A DNA stretch of 64,000 nucleotides, from positions 62,783-126,782 of the forward strand of contig CBDESZ010000021.1 of NCBI GenBank assembly GCA_965242725.1, in the 5' to 3' direction. This DNA is from Alkalispirochaeta sp. GTDB lineage: Bacteria; Spirochaetota; Spirochaetia; DSM-27196; Alkalispirochaetaceae. The translations under genes were made by a program, and so were the position numbers. Positions 19,984 through 28,826 of the stretch are shown piece after piece (position 1 is the stretch's first letter; every line of letters begins with the position of its first letter). Below the pieces are notes generated by a model, which saw only the letters and a program-made list of their open reading frames with translations, had not been told where the DNA came from and searched no databases.

Positions 19984-21090
19984 TCACGTGCCGTTCAGGT
20001 CTGCGACGCTGCCGCGTTCGACTAATTCCAGTTGCATTGTGACCGTATATTCGCTGTGGTACGTATAGGTGCTGAGCCGTGCGAGCATCAGTTCCGCGGC
20101 GATCTTCCCCATCACATATTTTGGATGGTTGAACGTCGTGATCGGCGGGGATACCAGAGAGGATTCCCGTATGTTGTCGACACCGATCACCGAGACATCG
20201 TCGGGAATGGCGATATTTTGCGCTGCAAAATAGTCGTATCCCTGCAGGGCGATTTCGTCGTTAAAATAGAAGAAGGCCGTCGGTCTGGTCGATGCCGATT
20301 CAAATATCTGTTCCGTAAGGAGCGAACCGGGGCGTCTCGCCTCGGTATTGTCGTCGAAACTGCGAACCAGGTCGGAGTCATACTCAACTCCCGCCCGTTC
20401 CAGAACCGCGCGATATCCGTCGTGGCGCAATACCCCCGAACGGGTATCAGATTTATAAATGCAGGCGATTCGTCGGTGCCCCATTTCAAGGAGGTACTTC
20501 GTTGCGTCTTCACCGATCCGATAGTCATCAATAATGAGTGCCGAAGCGCGCAAGTCTGAAATGAGATTGTTTGTTATCAGAATCGGGACATCAAGATTGT
20601 TAAGCGTCTGTACGAGGGTGTCCTCGGAATCCAGCCTGGCACTCATGCTGGGCTCTATGATAAGTCCCGCGATACCCTGTTCAATCATCCGGTTGATGGA
20701 CTCCCGTTCCTTCTTTCGATCGGAATTTCCGTTTGCCAGAATCATCGTATAGCCGCCGCGATAGAGCCCGTCCTCAAGGCCGTGTATCAGCTCGGGGTAA
20801 ATATTATAGGTTAGCCAACTGCTGACAATTCCGATCGTTTTGGGAGGGGGATCTTTCTCTTCGTTCCCGACGTACACCGTGCCCTTCCGGCGCGTCCGTT
20901 CCACGATTCCTCGTTGGACGAGTTCACTGAATGCGTGACGAACGGTGTTTCTGCTGACGCCGAGCGCTTCAGCCAACTCCATCTCACCGGGAAGATTGTC
21001 TCCGACCTGCACCGAACCGTCTTCTATCAGTTGCAGAATATGGGCGCGTACAATTTCGTACTTCGTCAGACGTGATCCACTGCCAGCCAT
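19984..21090 (-). CDS. GntR-HTH/LacI-sensor hybrid regulator (AraR-like)
   Basis: KYEIV..LPGEMELAEALGVSRNTVRHA..GT, then a periplasmic-binding-fold domain (GLIIEP, GHRRIA, IPDDVSVIGVDN, TTFNHPK). Confidence 0.9.
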   Translation of the reverse strand: MAGSGSRLTKYEIVRAHILQLIEDGSVQVGDNLPGEMELAEALGVSRNTVRHAFSELVQRGIVERTRRKGTVYVGNEEKDPPPKTIGIVSSWLTYNIYPELIHGLEDGLYRGGYTMILANGNSDRKKERESINRMIEQGIAGLIIEPSMSARLDSEDTLVQTLNNLDVPILITNNLISDLRASALIIDDYRIGEDATKYLLEMGHRRIACIYKSDTRSGVLRHDGYRAVLERAGVEYDSDLVRSFDDNTEARRPGSLLTEQIFESASTRPTAFFYFNDEIALQGYDYFAAQNIAIPDDVSVIGVDNIRESSLVSPPITTFNHPKYVMGKIAAELMLARLSTYTYHSEYTVTMQLELVERGSVADLNGT

Positions 21091-21123
21091 TGATGGATCA
21101 TATACCACAGTACATAACGAGTC

Positions 21124-21139
21124 AAATGTTCTTACAAAA
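21124..21139. promoter_or_regulatory. Candidate AraR-type autoregulatory operator
   Basis: AAATGTTCTTACAAAA upstream of the AraR-like gene; same TGT-N4-ACA pattern as the sites at 16657 and 16714. Confidence 0.45.
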
Positions 21140-21222
21140 CCGGAAATGGCGGCGCTGAATACGTTGAGATTAATGGGATAGCTCATCAAACGCTAACAAA
21201 ACGGACATAGTATTCTCCGATC

Positions 21223-22269
21223 GTGACCGCAACATACTTCAGCGACCGGAATCTCCACTCTCTGTACGAGCGATCACCGATACGCTCGTGTGAGGATCAC
21301 CATCCACTCGTTATTTTCAGTGATTTGCATATGGGTAACGGCTCGGGCACTGATGACTTTCTCCACAATGCGGATCTCTTCTATGAAGTGCTGGAGCGAT
21401 ACTATTTCCGGGGCGATTTTCATCTCATTCTGAACGGCGACGTGGAAGAACTCCAACGCTTTTCACCGCGCACGGTCCGGGCGCGTTGGAGCAATTTTTT
21501 CGATCTCTTCTCGGCATTCGCTGCCGACGGTCGATTCACCAGGATCGTCGGAAATCATGATCTCGCGGCGTGGGATCCGACGAAAAACGGAACGGACAAG
21601 CTGATAGAGTCTTTGCGTCTGCGATGCGGAGACGGCGAAATCTTCATATTTCACGGCCATCAAACATCCCGGTGGTACGAAAACCACAACCATTGGGCGC
21701 AGTTCGGGCTGCGGTACCTCGCAAATCCTCTGCGGATCAAGAATCGGACGGTGGCCCACAACAGCCGCAAGCGATTTCAGACGGAGGAACTCGCCTATAA
21801 TTTTGCCAGCCGCGAAAAGATCCTTGCCGTTATCGGACATACCCACCGTCCCCTCTTTGAGTCGATGTCAAAGATCGATTCAATCCATTTTGAGATCGAA
21901 CGTTTGTGCCGGAAATATCCGAAGGTGAAAAAACAGGACAAAATCGAGAAACGAATCCACCGGCTCACGGAGGAGTTGATGGAATTGACGGCAAAGGAAC
22001 GGAAACAGAACGATCGGGGCAGCCTCTATCGGGAACACCTCCTCGTTCCAAGCCTGTTCAACTCCGGATGCGTCATAGGAAAACGAGGAATCACGGCGCT
22101 GGAGATAGAACGAGGCAAGATCCGCCTCGTCCACTGGTACGACCGGCATCGAGTGGACGTCCCCGACGATCGAAAAAGCACAAGCCTGCCTGGAACAGAC
22201 TATTACAAACAGGTAGTCAAGAAGGAAAATCTGGATTATGTCTTCAGCCGGATCCGGCTTCTGGCATAG
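21223..22269 (+). CDS. Calcineurin-like metallophosphoesterase
   Basis: Motifs SDLH, LNGD, GNHD, FHGH, GHTH, NSG. Confidence 0.85.
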   Translation: MTATYFSDRNLHSLYERSPIRSCEDHHPLVIFSDLHMGNGSGTDDFLHNADLFYEVLERYYFRGDFHLILNGDVEELQRFSPRTVRARWSNFFDLFSAFAADGRFTRIVGNHDLAAWDPTKNGTDKLIESLRLRCGDGEIFIFHGHQTSRWYENHNHWAQFGLRYLANPLRIKNRTVAHNSRKRFQTEELAYNFASREKILAVIGHTHRPLFESMSKIDSIHFEIERLCRKYPKVKKQDKIEKRIHRLTEELMELTAKERKQNDRGSLYREHLLVPSLFNSGCVIGKRGITALEIERGKIRLVHWYDRHRVDVPDDRKSTSLPGTDYYKQVVKKENLDYVFSRIRLLA

Positions 22270-22485
22270 TCACACGTGAACGGATCTGTCCCGCGATGAC
22301 GGCGGCACTCCCGGAATACACGGTATGGTGATGCATATAGACTCCCCGACCTCAGCGGTTGTTGAGGCGTCCGTCGTTGAAAAAACTGATAATCCGTGGC
22401 GAGGCGGGTGGTGCCACGGGGAGGAACCGGTATCCCCGGTGAACGCAAGTTCATTATAAAAACAACAGGGAACATGCGAGTTTTC

Positions 22486-22528
22486 TTGACAACGCATTCC
22501 GGCGGCAGTATCATTGCAACCGGTTGCA
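22486..22528 (+). promoter_or_regulatory. Sigma70-like promoter with adjacent LacI-type palindromic operator
   Basis: TTGACA 22486-91, 17 bp, TATCAT 22509-14, then the perfect palindrome TGCAACCGGTTGCA 22515-28. Confidence 0.8.
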
Positions 22529-22533
22529 CCAAA

Positions 22534-23532
22534 ATGAAGAAACTGCGGTCCATTGAAGAACTTGCCCGCCTCGCGGGGGTCTCAAAATCGACGGTCTCCC
22601 GGGCATTGAACGACAGCCCCCTCATTTCCAAGGAGACGACTGCGCGGATAAAGGCGCTCGCGGAGGAGCACCGGTTTCGTCCGAGCGCCAGTGCAAGCAG
22701 GTTGAGTCTGCAGGCAAGCAAAACCATCGGCTTTGTCACTCACCCCATCACCGCGGACGCGCTGTCGGTGTGTGACATTTTCAGCATTGAGCTTATGAGC
22801 GCCGTGGCAAAAGCGCTGTACGCCCGGGGATACGATCTGTTGATGGTGCAGGTGGGACCTCGGGACGCCGACTGGGTGGAGCAATATCTCCATTCCGGAA
22901 AGGTGGACGGCTTCATTCTGATGAGTTCCGACCGCAAACGGAAACATATCGAATACCTCCTGCAGATGGGGGCGCCCTTTGTCGCCACGGGAAGGGGCGG
23001 CGGCCGCTTCAGCTCCGTCTGTGGCGACGACTATCAGGGCGGACGGATTGCCACGGAGCATCTCCTCTCCACGGGGAGGCGTAAAATCGTCTTTGTCGGT
23101 GGACCGGAGATTGAAACGGAGGTGGCCGAACGCTTTCGCGGCTATGCCGACGCGCTGAGGGAAGCGGAGATCGCCGTCAATCACGATCTCGTTGCGTACG
23201 GAGATTTCACGGAGGCGTCGGCGGTACAATCGATTGAGAATGTGATGGATCGCGAAGAGTTTGACGCGGTCTTCGCAAACAGCGACCTCATGGCAATCGC
23301 CGTCATGGAACGCTTACGGCGCGGAGGAATTCGTGTTCCCGATGACGTCGCGGTTGTCGGCTATGACGATGTATCGATCGCCGCCCGCTCCGTTCCGCCT
23401 CTCACAACGGTGAGTCAGAACATTCCGACCATCGGCAGGTTACTCACCCGGGACCTCCTCTCCTACCTCGACAATCGGGTCATCACGGAGACGACGGTGC
23501 CGGTCGAGCTGGTTAAAAGAGAATCCGCATGA
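22534..23532 (+). CDS. LacI-family transcriptional regulator
   Basis: SIEELARLAGVSKSTVSRALN; DAVFANSDLMA; VPDDVAVVGYDD; PLTTVSQ. Confidence 0.95.
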   Translation: MKKLRSIEELARLAGVSKSTVSRALNDSPLISKETTARIKALAEEHRFRPSASASRLSLQASKTIGFVTHPITADALSVCDIFSIELMSAVAKALYARGYDLLMVQVGPRDADWVEQYLHSGKVDGFILMSSDRKRKHIEYLLQMGAPFVATGRGGGRFSSVCGDDYQGGRIATEHLLSTGRRKIVFVGGPEIETEVAERFRGYADALREAEIAVNHDLVAYGDFTEASAVQSIENVMDREEFDAVFANSDLMAIAVMERLRRGGIRVPDDVAVVGYDDVSIAARSVPPLTTVSQNIPTIGRLLTRDLLSYLDNRVITETTVPVELVKRESA

Positions 23533-23548
23533 GTTTTTTTTGCACATA

Positions 23549-23566
23549 CATGCAACCGGTTGCATG
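23549..23566. promoter_or_regulatory. Second LacI-type operator
   Basis: Perfect 18-bp palindrome CATGCAACCGGTTGCATG with a core identical to 22515-28, just before the AAGGAG RBS. Confidence 0.8.
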
Positions 23567-23579
23567 AAAGGAGTTGTAT

Positions 23580-24122
23580 ATGAACGTAGTTGTCACTCCC
23601 GGCGAACAAAATCTTTATGAATGGTTTACTGCCCGGGCACAGGAATCCGCGGTACGCCGCTCTCTTCTTCGGTTGCGGTTCCTTGGATTTATACGGAGCC
23701 TCCTCATAATACGAAAGAGTGTGAAGGGGGAATGGCGGGAGTGGTCATATCGCAGGGATACGGTACGAACTGACTCGGTCGTTGGAGTGTATTCCTCCGA
23801 CGGCCGCGCACGACGGGGGGTGATCGTACCACGGCGGACGTGGCAACGCCCGTGGAAGGACCTTTTTTTTGCTGAACCCGAAGCCTTTCCGACCCTCGTG
23901 GCTTACGAAATTGAATCGGAATGGTACCTTCCCGATGAGGACCGCTCCATTCTCGCCTACGGCATCATGCAAGCTCGAGGTATTGTTTCATTCATCGCCG
24001 TTGTTGCCAGAGCGAAAAGGCGCGCTATGGACGTCGCGTCGTCGTTCGCCCCGGGAATCCCGGACCGCTCGATTCAATGGGCGGGAGAGAGATATGAGAG
24101 TGGTACCGCCGGGCGCCTCTGA
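23580..24122 (+). CDS. Hypothetical protein, possibly a degenerate ParB/Srx-like fold
   Basis: AAGGAG RBS; FPTLVAYEIESEWYLPDEDRSILAYGIMQARGIVSFIAVV loosely matches the ParB-N core pattern. Confidence 0.5.
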   Translation: MNVVVTPGEQNLYEWFTARAQESAVRRSLLRLRFLGFIRSLLIIRKSVKGEWREWSYRRDTVRTDSVVGVYSSDGRARRGVIVPRRTWQRPWKDLFFAEPEAFPTLVAYEIESEWYLPDEDRSILAYGIMQARGIVSFIAVVARAKRRAMDVASSFAPGIPDRSIQWAGERYESGTAGRL

Positions 24123-24244
24123 ACCGCGTCGCCGTCGCAGAGGTTCCTTCACTCTTCGGTACGGGCCGATCCGCCGGATGGGCGTGTCACGATTTCCAGT
24201 CTCAGCGGATCGCCTAACGCCTTACAAACCCGTGCTTCCGTCAT

Positions 24245-24394
24245 TTACGTCGTCTGGAAGTGTTTCTCCTGCCGGCCGGGCATGTACTCCCACCCTTCAC
24301 TGTTCTCCTTGAACGCCTCTTCCACAACGTCCGGTGGAAGGGCGGCAAGGCCCGATTCCGTCACTGTAACGGTACACTCGCCGTTTCCTTTTTC
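24245..24394 (-). pseudogene. C-terminal remnant of an SRPBCC/AHSA1 (START-like) protein
   Basis: Manual translation EKGNGECTVTVTESGLAALPPDVVEEAFKENSEGWEYMPGRQEKHFQTT*; preceded by an in-frame TAA, no start codon. Confidence 0.55.
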
Positions 24395-24420
24395 TTATAT
24401 GCAACATTTATGTTGTATTT

Positions 24421-25602
24421 CTATCCGCCAATAATAAGTCCCGTTCCGTACATCACCGCGATACCCGCCAGGACGCCACCCACACCGTGCGGCGTAAAGA
24501 GGGAGTCTTTTACCTTCCGGTTCATATAGGCAATGATCTCAATGACGACCTGGAAGATGGCACCCCCACCGATACCGAGAAAGAAGACGCCCCAGACCGG
24601 GGAGAACGCGTACCCGCCGATAATCGTGCCGATGATGGCGGGCGCGCCCGCCAGAAAGCCCATGCGTACAAGGAATCCCACCGGCGCCTTCCCTCGTGCC
24701 ACGGGGGCAATGAGGGGAAGTCCCTCGGTGATATTGTGAATCATGAAGCCGACAATGAGCGTCGCGCCGAGGGAGACGTTGCCGACGGCAAAGGCGCTGC
24801 CCACCGCCAGACCTTCACCCAGATTGTGAACGCCGATGCCGAAGGCCGCGGCAAAGACGATTGTCCGCGCCCTCGTCGCAGGATCGGCGTAATCCCGTCC
24901 CGCTCCGTTTCGACTGATACCGAAGAGGACCATGAATGAAATCGCAAAGCCGAGGAGCAGCACCCCCACCCCATTCAGCGATTCCGGTACGCTGTGGCTC
25001 AACTCCAACCCCTCCTGCATCGTGTCGACGCCCAGGAAGATCAGGAGGCCCACCGTGACGGCCATAAAGAATCGATACCACGAATCACGAACCATCCGCA
25101 CGAAGGGAAACCAGATCAGACCTAGAAAGACGGGGACCACTCCGATAAGCACCCCGATGAGGGCGAGGATTCCCGCAAAGTGCCGGTCCGGACGCGGACT
25201 TTCCACGGCGGCGGGTATGGTAAGCGGAAATGTCACTCCCGTCGAAGTGACCATCGTAATGTGCTGATCGTCCCCCGTGTTCCAGGGATATTCTATGAGG
25301 ACGGTACGGCGGGAGAGGCGTCCGAGGGTGGCACCGTCTTCCACGGTGAAAGCCCAATACGATCCGTTGACCAGAACCTGGCTGATGGTGACCGGATCCG
25401 GTCCGTCATTTACGATGTCAATGGATATGAGGTTCTCCTCCATCCGTACCCGCTGAATCGCGATCTCCTCGATGGGGGGGCGATCCCCTACGAGAATTGA
25501 TTCCCCGAACGGCAGCGAGCCGCCTCCCGAGAGGAACCAGCCCACGGGTATCGCCAGCAGCAGAAGTGGAAGAATACCGAAGAACAATTTACGCATATCC
25601 AC
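24421..25602 (-). CDS. ZIP-family divalent metal transporter with an N-terminal periplasmic domain
   Basis: GIGVHNLGEGLAVG and FMIHNITEG metal-site motifs; multiple TM helices. Confidence 0.9.
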   Translation of the reverse strand: MDMRKLFFGILPLLLLAIPVGWFLSGGGSLPFGESILVGDRPPIEEIAIQRVRMEENLISIDIVNDGPDPVTISQVLVNGSYWAFTVEDGATLGRLSRRTVLIEYPWNTGDDQHITMVTSTGVTFPLTIPAAVESPRPDRHFAGILALIGVLIGVVPVFLGLIWFPFVRMVRDSWYRFFMAVTVGLLIFLGVDTMQEGLELSHSVPESLNGVGVLLLGFAISFMVLFGISRNGAGRDYADPATRARTIVFAAAFGIGVHNLGEGLAVGSAFAVGNVSLGATLIVGFMIHNITEGLPLIAPVARGKAPVGFLVRMGFLAGAPAIIGTIIGGYAFSPVWGVFFLGIGGGAIFQVVIEIIAYMNRKVKDSLFTPHGVGGVLAGIAVMYGTGLIIGG

Positions 25603-25605
25603 CCC

Positions 25606-26622
25606 CTATTCCACGACGCGAAAGAGACCCATCCAGCCCAGCTCGGCAAATTCAGTCTTGTGGGCGTGAAACATGTACTCTCCGGGAAACTGGAAATCTA
25701 TTTCCAGAATCGAACGCTCGGCCTGGCCAAAGATTACCGTGTCCGTAAAGGTATCCGGCTCAAGGGAGGTTCCCGTCCGGTACTCGTTGAAGAAGTTTGC
25801 GTGCAGGTGAAACGAGTTGGTTTCATCAAACTCAAGGATGTTCACCAGGTACAGCCGGACCGGCTCGTTCAACTCAACCTCTATCGGGTGGTTCTGGTAA
25901 TAAAACGCAATCGTGTTGACCGCATAAACCTCGTTGTCTTCGTCGAAATTGGTGTCAAAGCCGTTCATCATCATCACAAACTCCTGCGCCGGTGGTCTTC
26001 CCTCCACGGGATCCACGATAAATACGCCGTACAGTCCTTTGTGGATATGCTGCGTCAGAGGCGTAGAATGGCAGTGGTAGAGATGAATGCCGAACGGCGC
26101 GGCATCAAACTCATAAATGAATGTTTCGCCGGGATCGACAAATTGATTCGGCATCGATCCATCCATTTCCTCCGGATGGTAGCCGTGGAAGTGCATCGTA
26201 TGCGGCCGGCTGCCGGAGTTGGTGAAGTGGACGCGGATACGATCGCCCTCGGTTGCGCGAATGGTCGGCCCCGGCACCTGTCCATTGTATGTCCAGGCGG
26301 GAAAGGTAACGCCCGGAGCGATTTCTATCTGCCTGTCCCGCGCGTAGATCCAGTACTCCCGGAGGAGTCGACCGTCGGGAAGGAGGGACTCCCGATAATA
26401 TGTTGCACGCTCATCGGCGGGCAGATTGTTGAAATTCCACGTCGTCAGGTACTCCAGGGGGTCAATTCCCATTGCGTCCACACCGACGCTGCCTGAAACA
26501 CCCATGCCGAGTCCTTTATTGCCGCCGTACCCGCTCCTGCTCTGGGCGGCGGCTGCGACGGTTATGAGCACCATCGTCACCGTGACGGCAATTATGGTCC
26601 GAATAATTTTCATGTTCATCAC
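25606..26622 (-). CDS. Secreted two-domain multicopper oxidase (type C-like)
   Basis: Signal peptide; WTYNGQVPGPTIR; HTMHFHG; YHCH..H..GLYG; SFHLH; FHAH. True start may be 26613 or 26619. Confidence 0.88.
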   Translation of the reverse strand: MMNMKIIRTIIAVTVTMVLITVAAAAQSRSGYGGNKGLGMGVSGSVGVDAMGIDPLEYLTTWNFNNLPADERATYYRESLLPDGRLLREYWIYARDRQIEIAPGVTFPAWTYNGQVPGPTIRATEGDRIRVHFTNSGSRPHTMHFHGYHPEEMDGSMPNQFVDPGETFIYEFDAAPFGIHLYHCHSTPLTQHIHKGLYGVFIVDPVEGRPPAQEFVMMMNGFDTNFDEDNEVYAVNTIAFYYQNHPIEVELNEPVRLYLVNILEFDETNSFHLHANFFNEYRTGTSLEPDTFTDTVIFGQAERSILEIDFQFPGEYMFHAHKTEFAELGWMGLFRVVE

Positions 26623-26659
26623 GAAATCAAGCGTAATATTGCTTATTCAAATAGTCAAG

Positions 26660-26673
26660 TTTGATTAATCAAA
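26660..26673. promoter_or_regulatory. Perfect palindrome, candidate DtxR/TroR-family metal-responsive operator
   Basis: TTTGATTAATCAAA in the AT-rich divergent region between the MCO-ZIP and siderophore ABC genes. Confidence 0.55.
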
Positions 26674-26805
26674 ATATTGCACTTCTTGACCGGCGGGACC
26701 GTCACTGATAGGCTCACGGAAATTGTTGATCAATTTACTATTTTACATCTTCTGGCGATCGGACGGACATATCGCTCGTCGCGAGGCGATGAAGGAGATA
26801 CCTCC

Positions 26806-27807
26806 ATGGTTCACATACGGAAATCACTTGTATTTTGGGCGATCCTGCTCCTCGTACCGGCCTTCGGGCTCTTTGCCGCCGGCGCGGGTGAAGCGGGCGC
26901 AGACGGCACCGGCGCACCCGGCGACGGGTCGGAAGGCGGCGGGAGTTACGTCGTATCCCACGCGAGGGGCGAAACCACAATCCCGTCGCAGCCCCGGAGA
27001 GTGGTGACCCTTACCCAGGGATCCACGGAAGCGGCACTTGCCCTCGGCATCACACCCGTCGGCGCCGTACAGGGCTGGGGTGCCGATCCCTGGTATCCCC
27101 ATTGGCAGGAAGCCCTTGCGAATACGGAGGTCGTCGGCGGCGAGACGCAGCCGAATGTTGAGGCAATCGCCGTCCTCGCACCGGATCTCATCATCGGTGC
27201 CGCCCTTCGCCACGACGAAGCGCTCTACCAACAGCTCTCTTCAATTGCACCAACGGTCTTCACCGAAGAGATCGGGGAGACCTTTGTGGAGAACCTGAGT
27301 CTCATTGCGGACGCGCTCGGGCGTACGGAGCGCGGCGAAGAACTGATAAATGACTATGAAACAAGAACCCGCGCGATCGCCGACGCCCTCGATGCGGAGG
27401 GACTTGGAGACGCGACGGTATCCCTTGTGCGGTTCAATCCCGGTCAGGTCCGTATTTACAACGGCTATCCCGGCGCGATCATGAACGATATCGGACTCTC
27501 CCTTCCCCAGGAGCAACTGGATGTGCTCGGCGAAAATCAGGTCGTCACATTCACCTCAAAGGAGCGTATTCCCCTCCTCGACGGTGACTACATGTTCATA
27601 TGGTCCACCGACTGGTGGGATCCGGGAATGGCGGAAGAGACCCACAATGAATGGACACAAACCGAGTTGTGGGAAAGTCTCGGAGTCGTCCGGTCCGGGA
27701 ATCTCTACAACGTAAACGCCGTTTACTGGAATCTTGCGGGAGGTATTCTTGCCGCCCATCACGTTCTCGACGACATCGTGGACACCTTCAATTTGCAGGT
27801 TGAATAG
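26806..27807 (+). CDS. Iron-siderophore ABC transporter substrate-binding protein
   Basis: PRRVVTL..ALGITPVGA, QPNVEAIAVLAPDLII, LSSIAPTV; AAGGAG RBS. Confidence 0.92.
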   Translation: MVHIRKSLVFWAILLLVPAFGLFAAGAGEAGADGTGAPGDGSEGGGSYVVSHARGETTIPSQPRRVVTLTQGSTEAALALGITPVGAVQGWGADPWYPHWQEALANTEVVGGETQPNVEAIAVLAPDLIIGAALRHDEALYQQLSSIAPTVFTEEIGETFVENLSLIADALGRTERGEELINDYETRTRAIADALDAEGLGDATVSLVRFNPGQVRIYNGYPGAIMNDIGLSLPQEQLDVLGENQVVTFTSKERIPLLDGDYMFIWSTDWWDPGMAEETHNEWTQTELWESLGVVRSGNLYNVNAVYWNLAGGILAAHHVLDDIVDTFNLQVE

Positions 27808-27812
27808 AAACG

Positions 27813-28826
27813 GTGCCGGGAACACTTCCGCTTCGGGATTTCAAGGTCCGGCTTCTCCTCCTCGTCGGACTCGTCTGTCTCGTTGGCGTTGCATTTCTCT
27901 CGAGCGTCCGTTTTGGAGTCACCCCTTCGTCGTGGAATACCGTCGTGGCGAGCTACCTCGCGCCCGACGATTCCACGGCGCAGACGGTGATCCGAACCGC
28001 CCGGGTACCCCGGGCGATTATCGCGCTGGTGATCGGCGGTAATATGGCGATCGCCGGCGCCCTCGCCCAGGCGGTGACAAGGAATCCCCTCGCCTCGCCG
28101 GGCGTCTTCGGCATCAATGCGGGAGCCGCCGCCGCGGTCGTGACGGGTGTCGTTCTATTCTCGGTTTCCTCCTTTGGAGGACTCGCCCTCTTTGCCTTCG
28201 GCGGCGCATCAATAAGTACACTCCTTGTATATGTTCTCGGCTCCGTTGGCAGGGACGGTCTCACGCCGGTCAAGATCACGCTGGCCGGTGCGGCGCTCGG
28301 GGCATTCTACGCAAGCCTGACCAGCGCGGTTCTCGTTGCAAATGAACAGACTCTGGGAATCGTGCTCTTCTGGCTCGCCGGATCGGTTGCGGGAGCCGAG
28401 CTGTCACATCTGTCTACGGCGCTCCCGGTCTTTGCAGCGGGCTGGCTCATCGCCGCCCTCCTTGCCCGGCCGGTAACGACCCTCATGCTCGGCGAGGATG
28501 TCGCCAGGGGACTCGGGTTGCGGACGACGCTGGTGAAAATCGGCGTGGGCGGTGTCATCGCCCTTCTTGCCGGGGGATCAGTTGCAATTGCGGGACCGAT
28601 CTCGCTCATCGGCCTGATCGTACCTCACGCGGCACGGACGATCGTGGGCCACGACCAGCGATGGGTGCTTCCCTACAGCTTTGTCCTCGGTGCGGGGTTG
28701 CTCTTGACGGCGGACATCGGATCACGGTTTGTCGCGCAGCCACAGGAAGCACCGGTCGGGACGGTGACGGCCGTCCTTGGCGCGCTGCTCTTTGTCCATA
28801 TCGCCCGGCGGAGGATACCCGGATGA
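27813..28826 (+). CDS. Iron-siderophore ABC permease (FecCD family)
   Basis: RVPR, QAVTRNPLASP..GINAGA, GPISLIGLIVPHAAR. Confidence 0.92.
   Translation: MPGTLPLRDFKVRLLLLVGLVCLVGVAFLSSVRFGVTPSSWNTVVASYLAPDDSTAQTVIRTARVPRAIIALVIGGNMAIAGALAQAVTRNPLASPGVFGINAGAAAAVVTGVVLFSVSSFGGLALFAFGGASISTLLVYVLGSVGRDGLTPVKITLAGAALGAFYASLTSAVLVANEQTLGIVLFWLAGSVAGAELSHLSTALPVFAAGWLIAALLARPVTTLMLGEDVARGLGLRTTLVKIGVGGVIALLAGGSVAIAGPISLIGLIVPHAARTIVGHDQRWVLPYSFVLGAGLLLTADIGSRFVAQPQEAPVGTVTAVLGALLFVHIARRRIPG

Noticed and set aside
21223..22269. Metallophosphoesterase as LpxH or as a defence-system component
   Set aside because: Only generic motifs and no supporting neighbouring genes.
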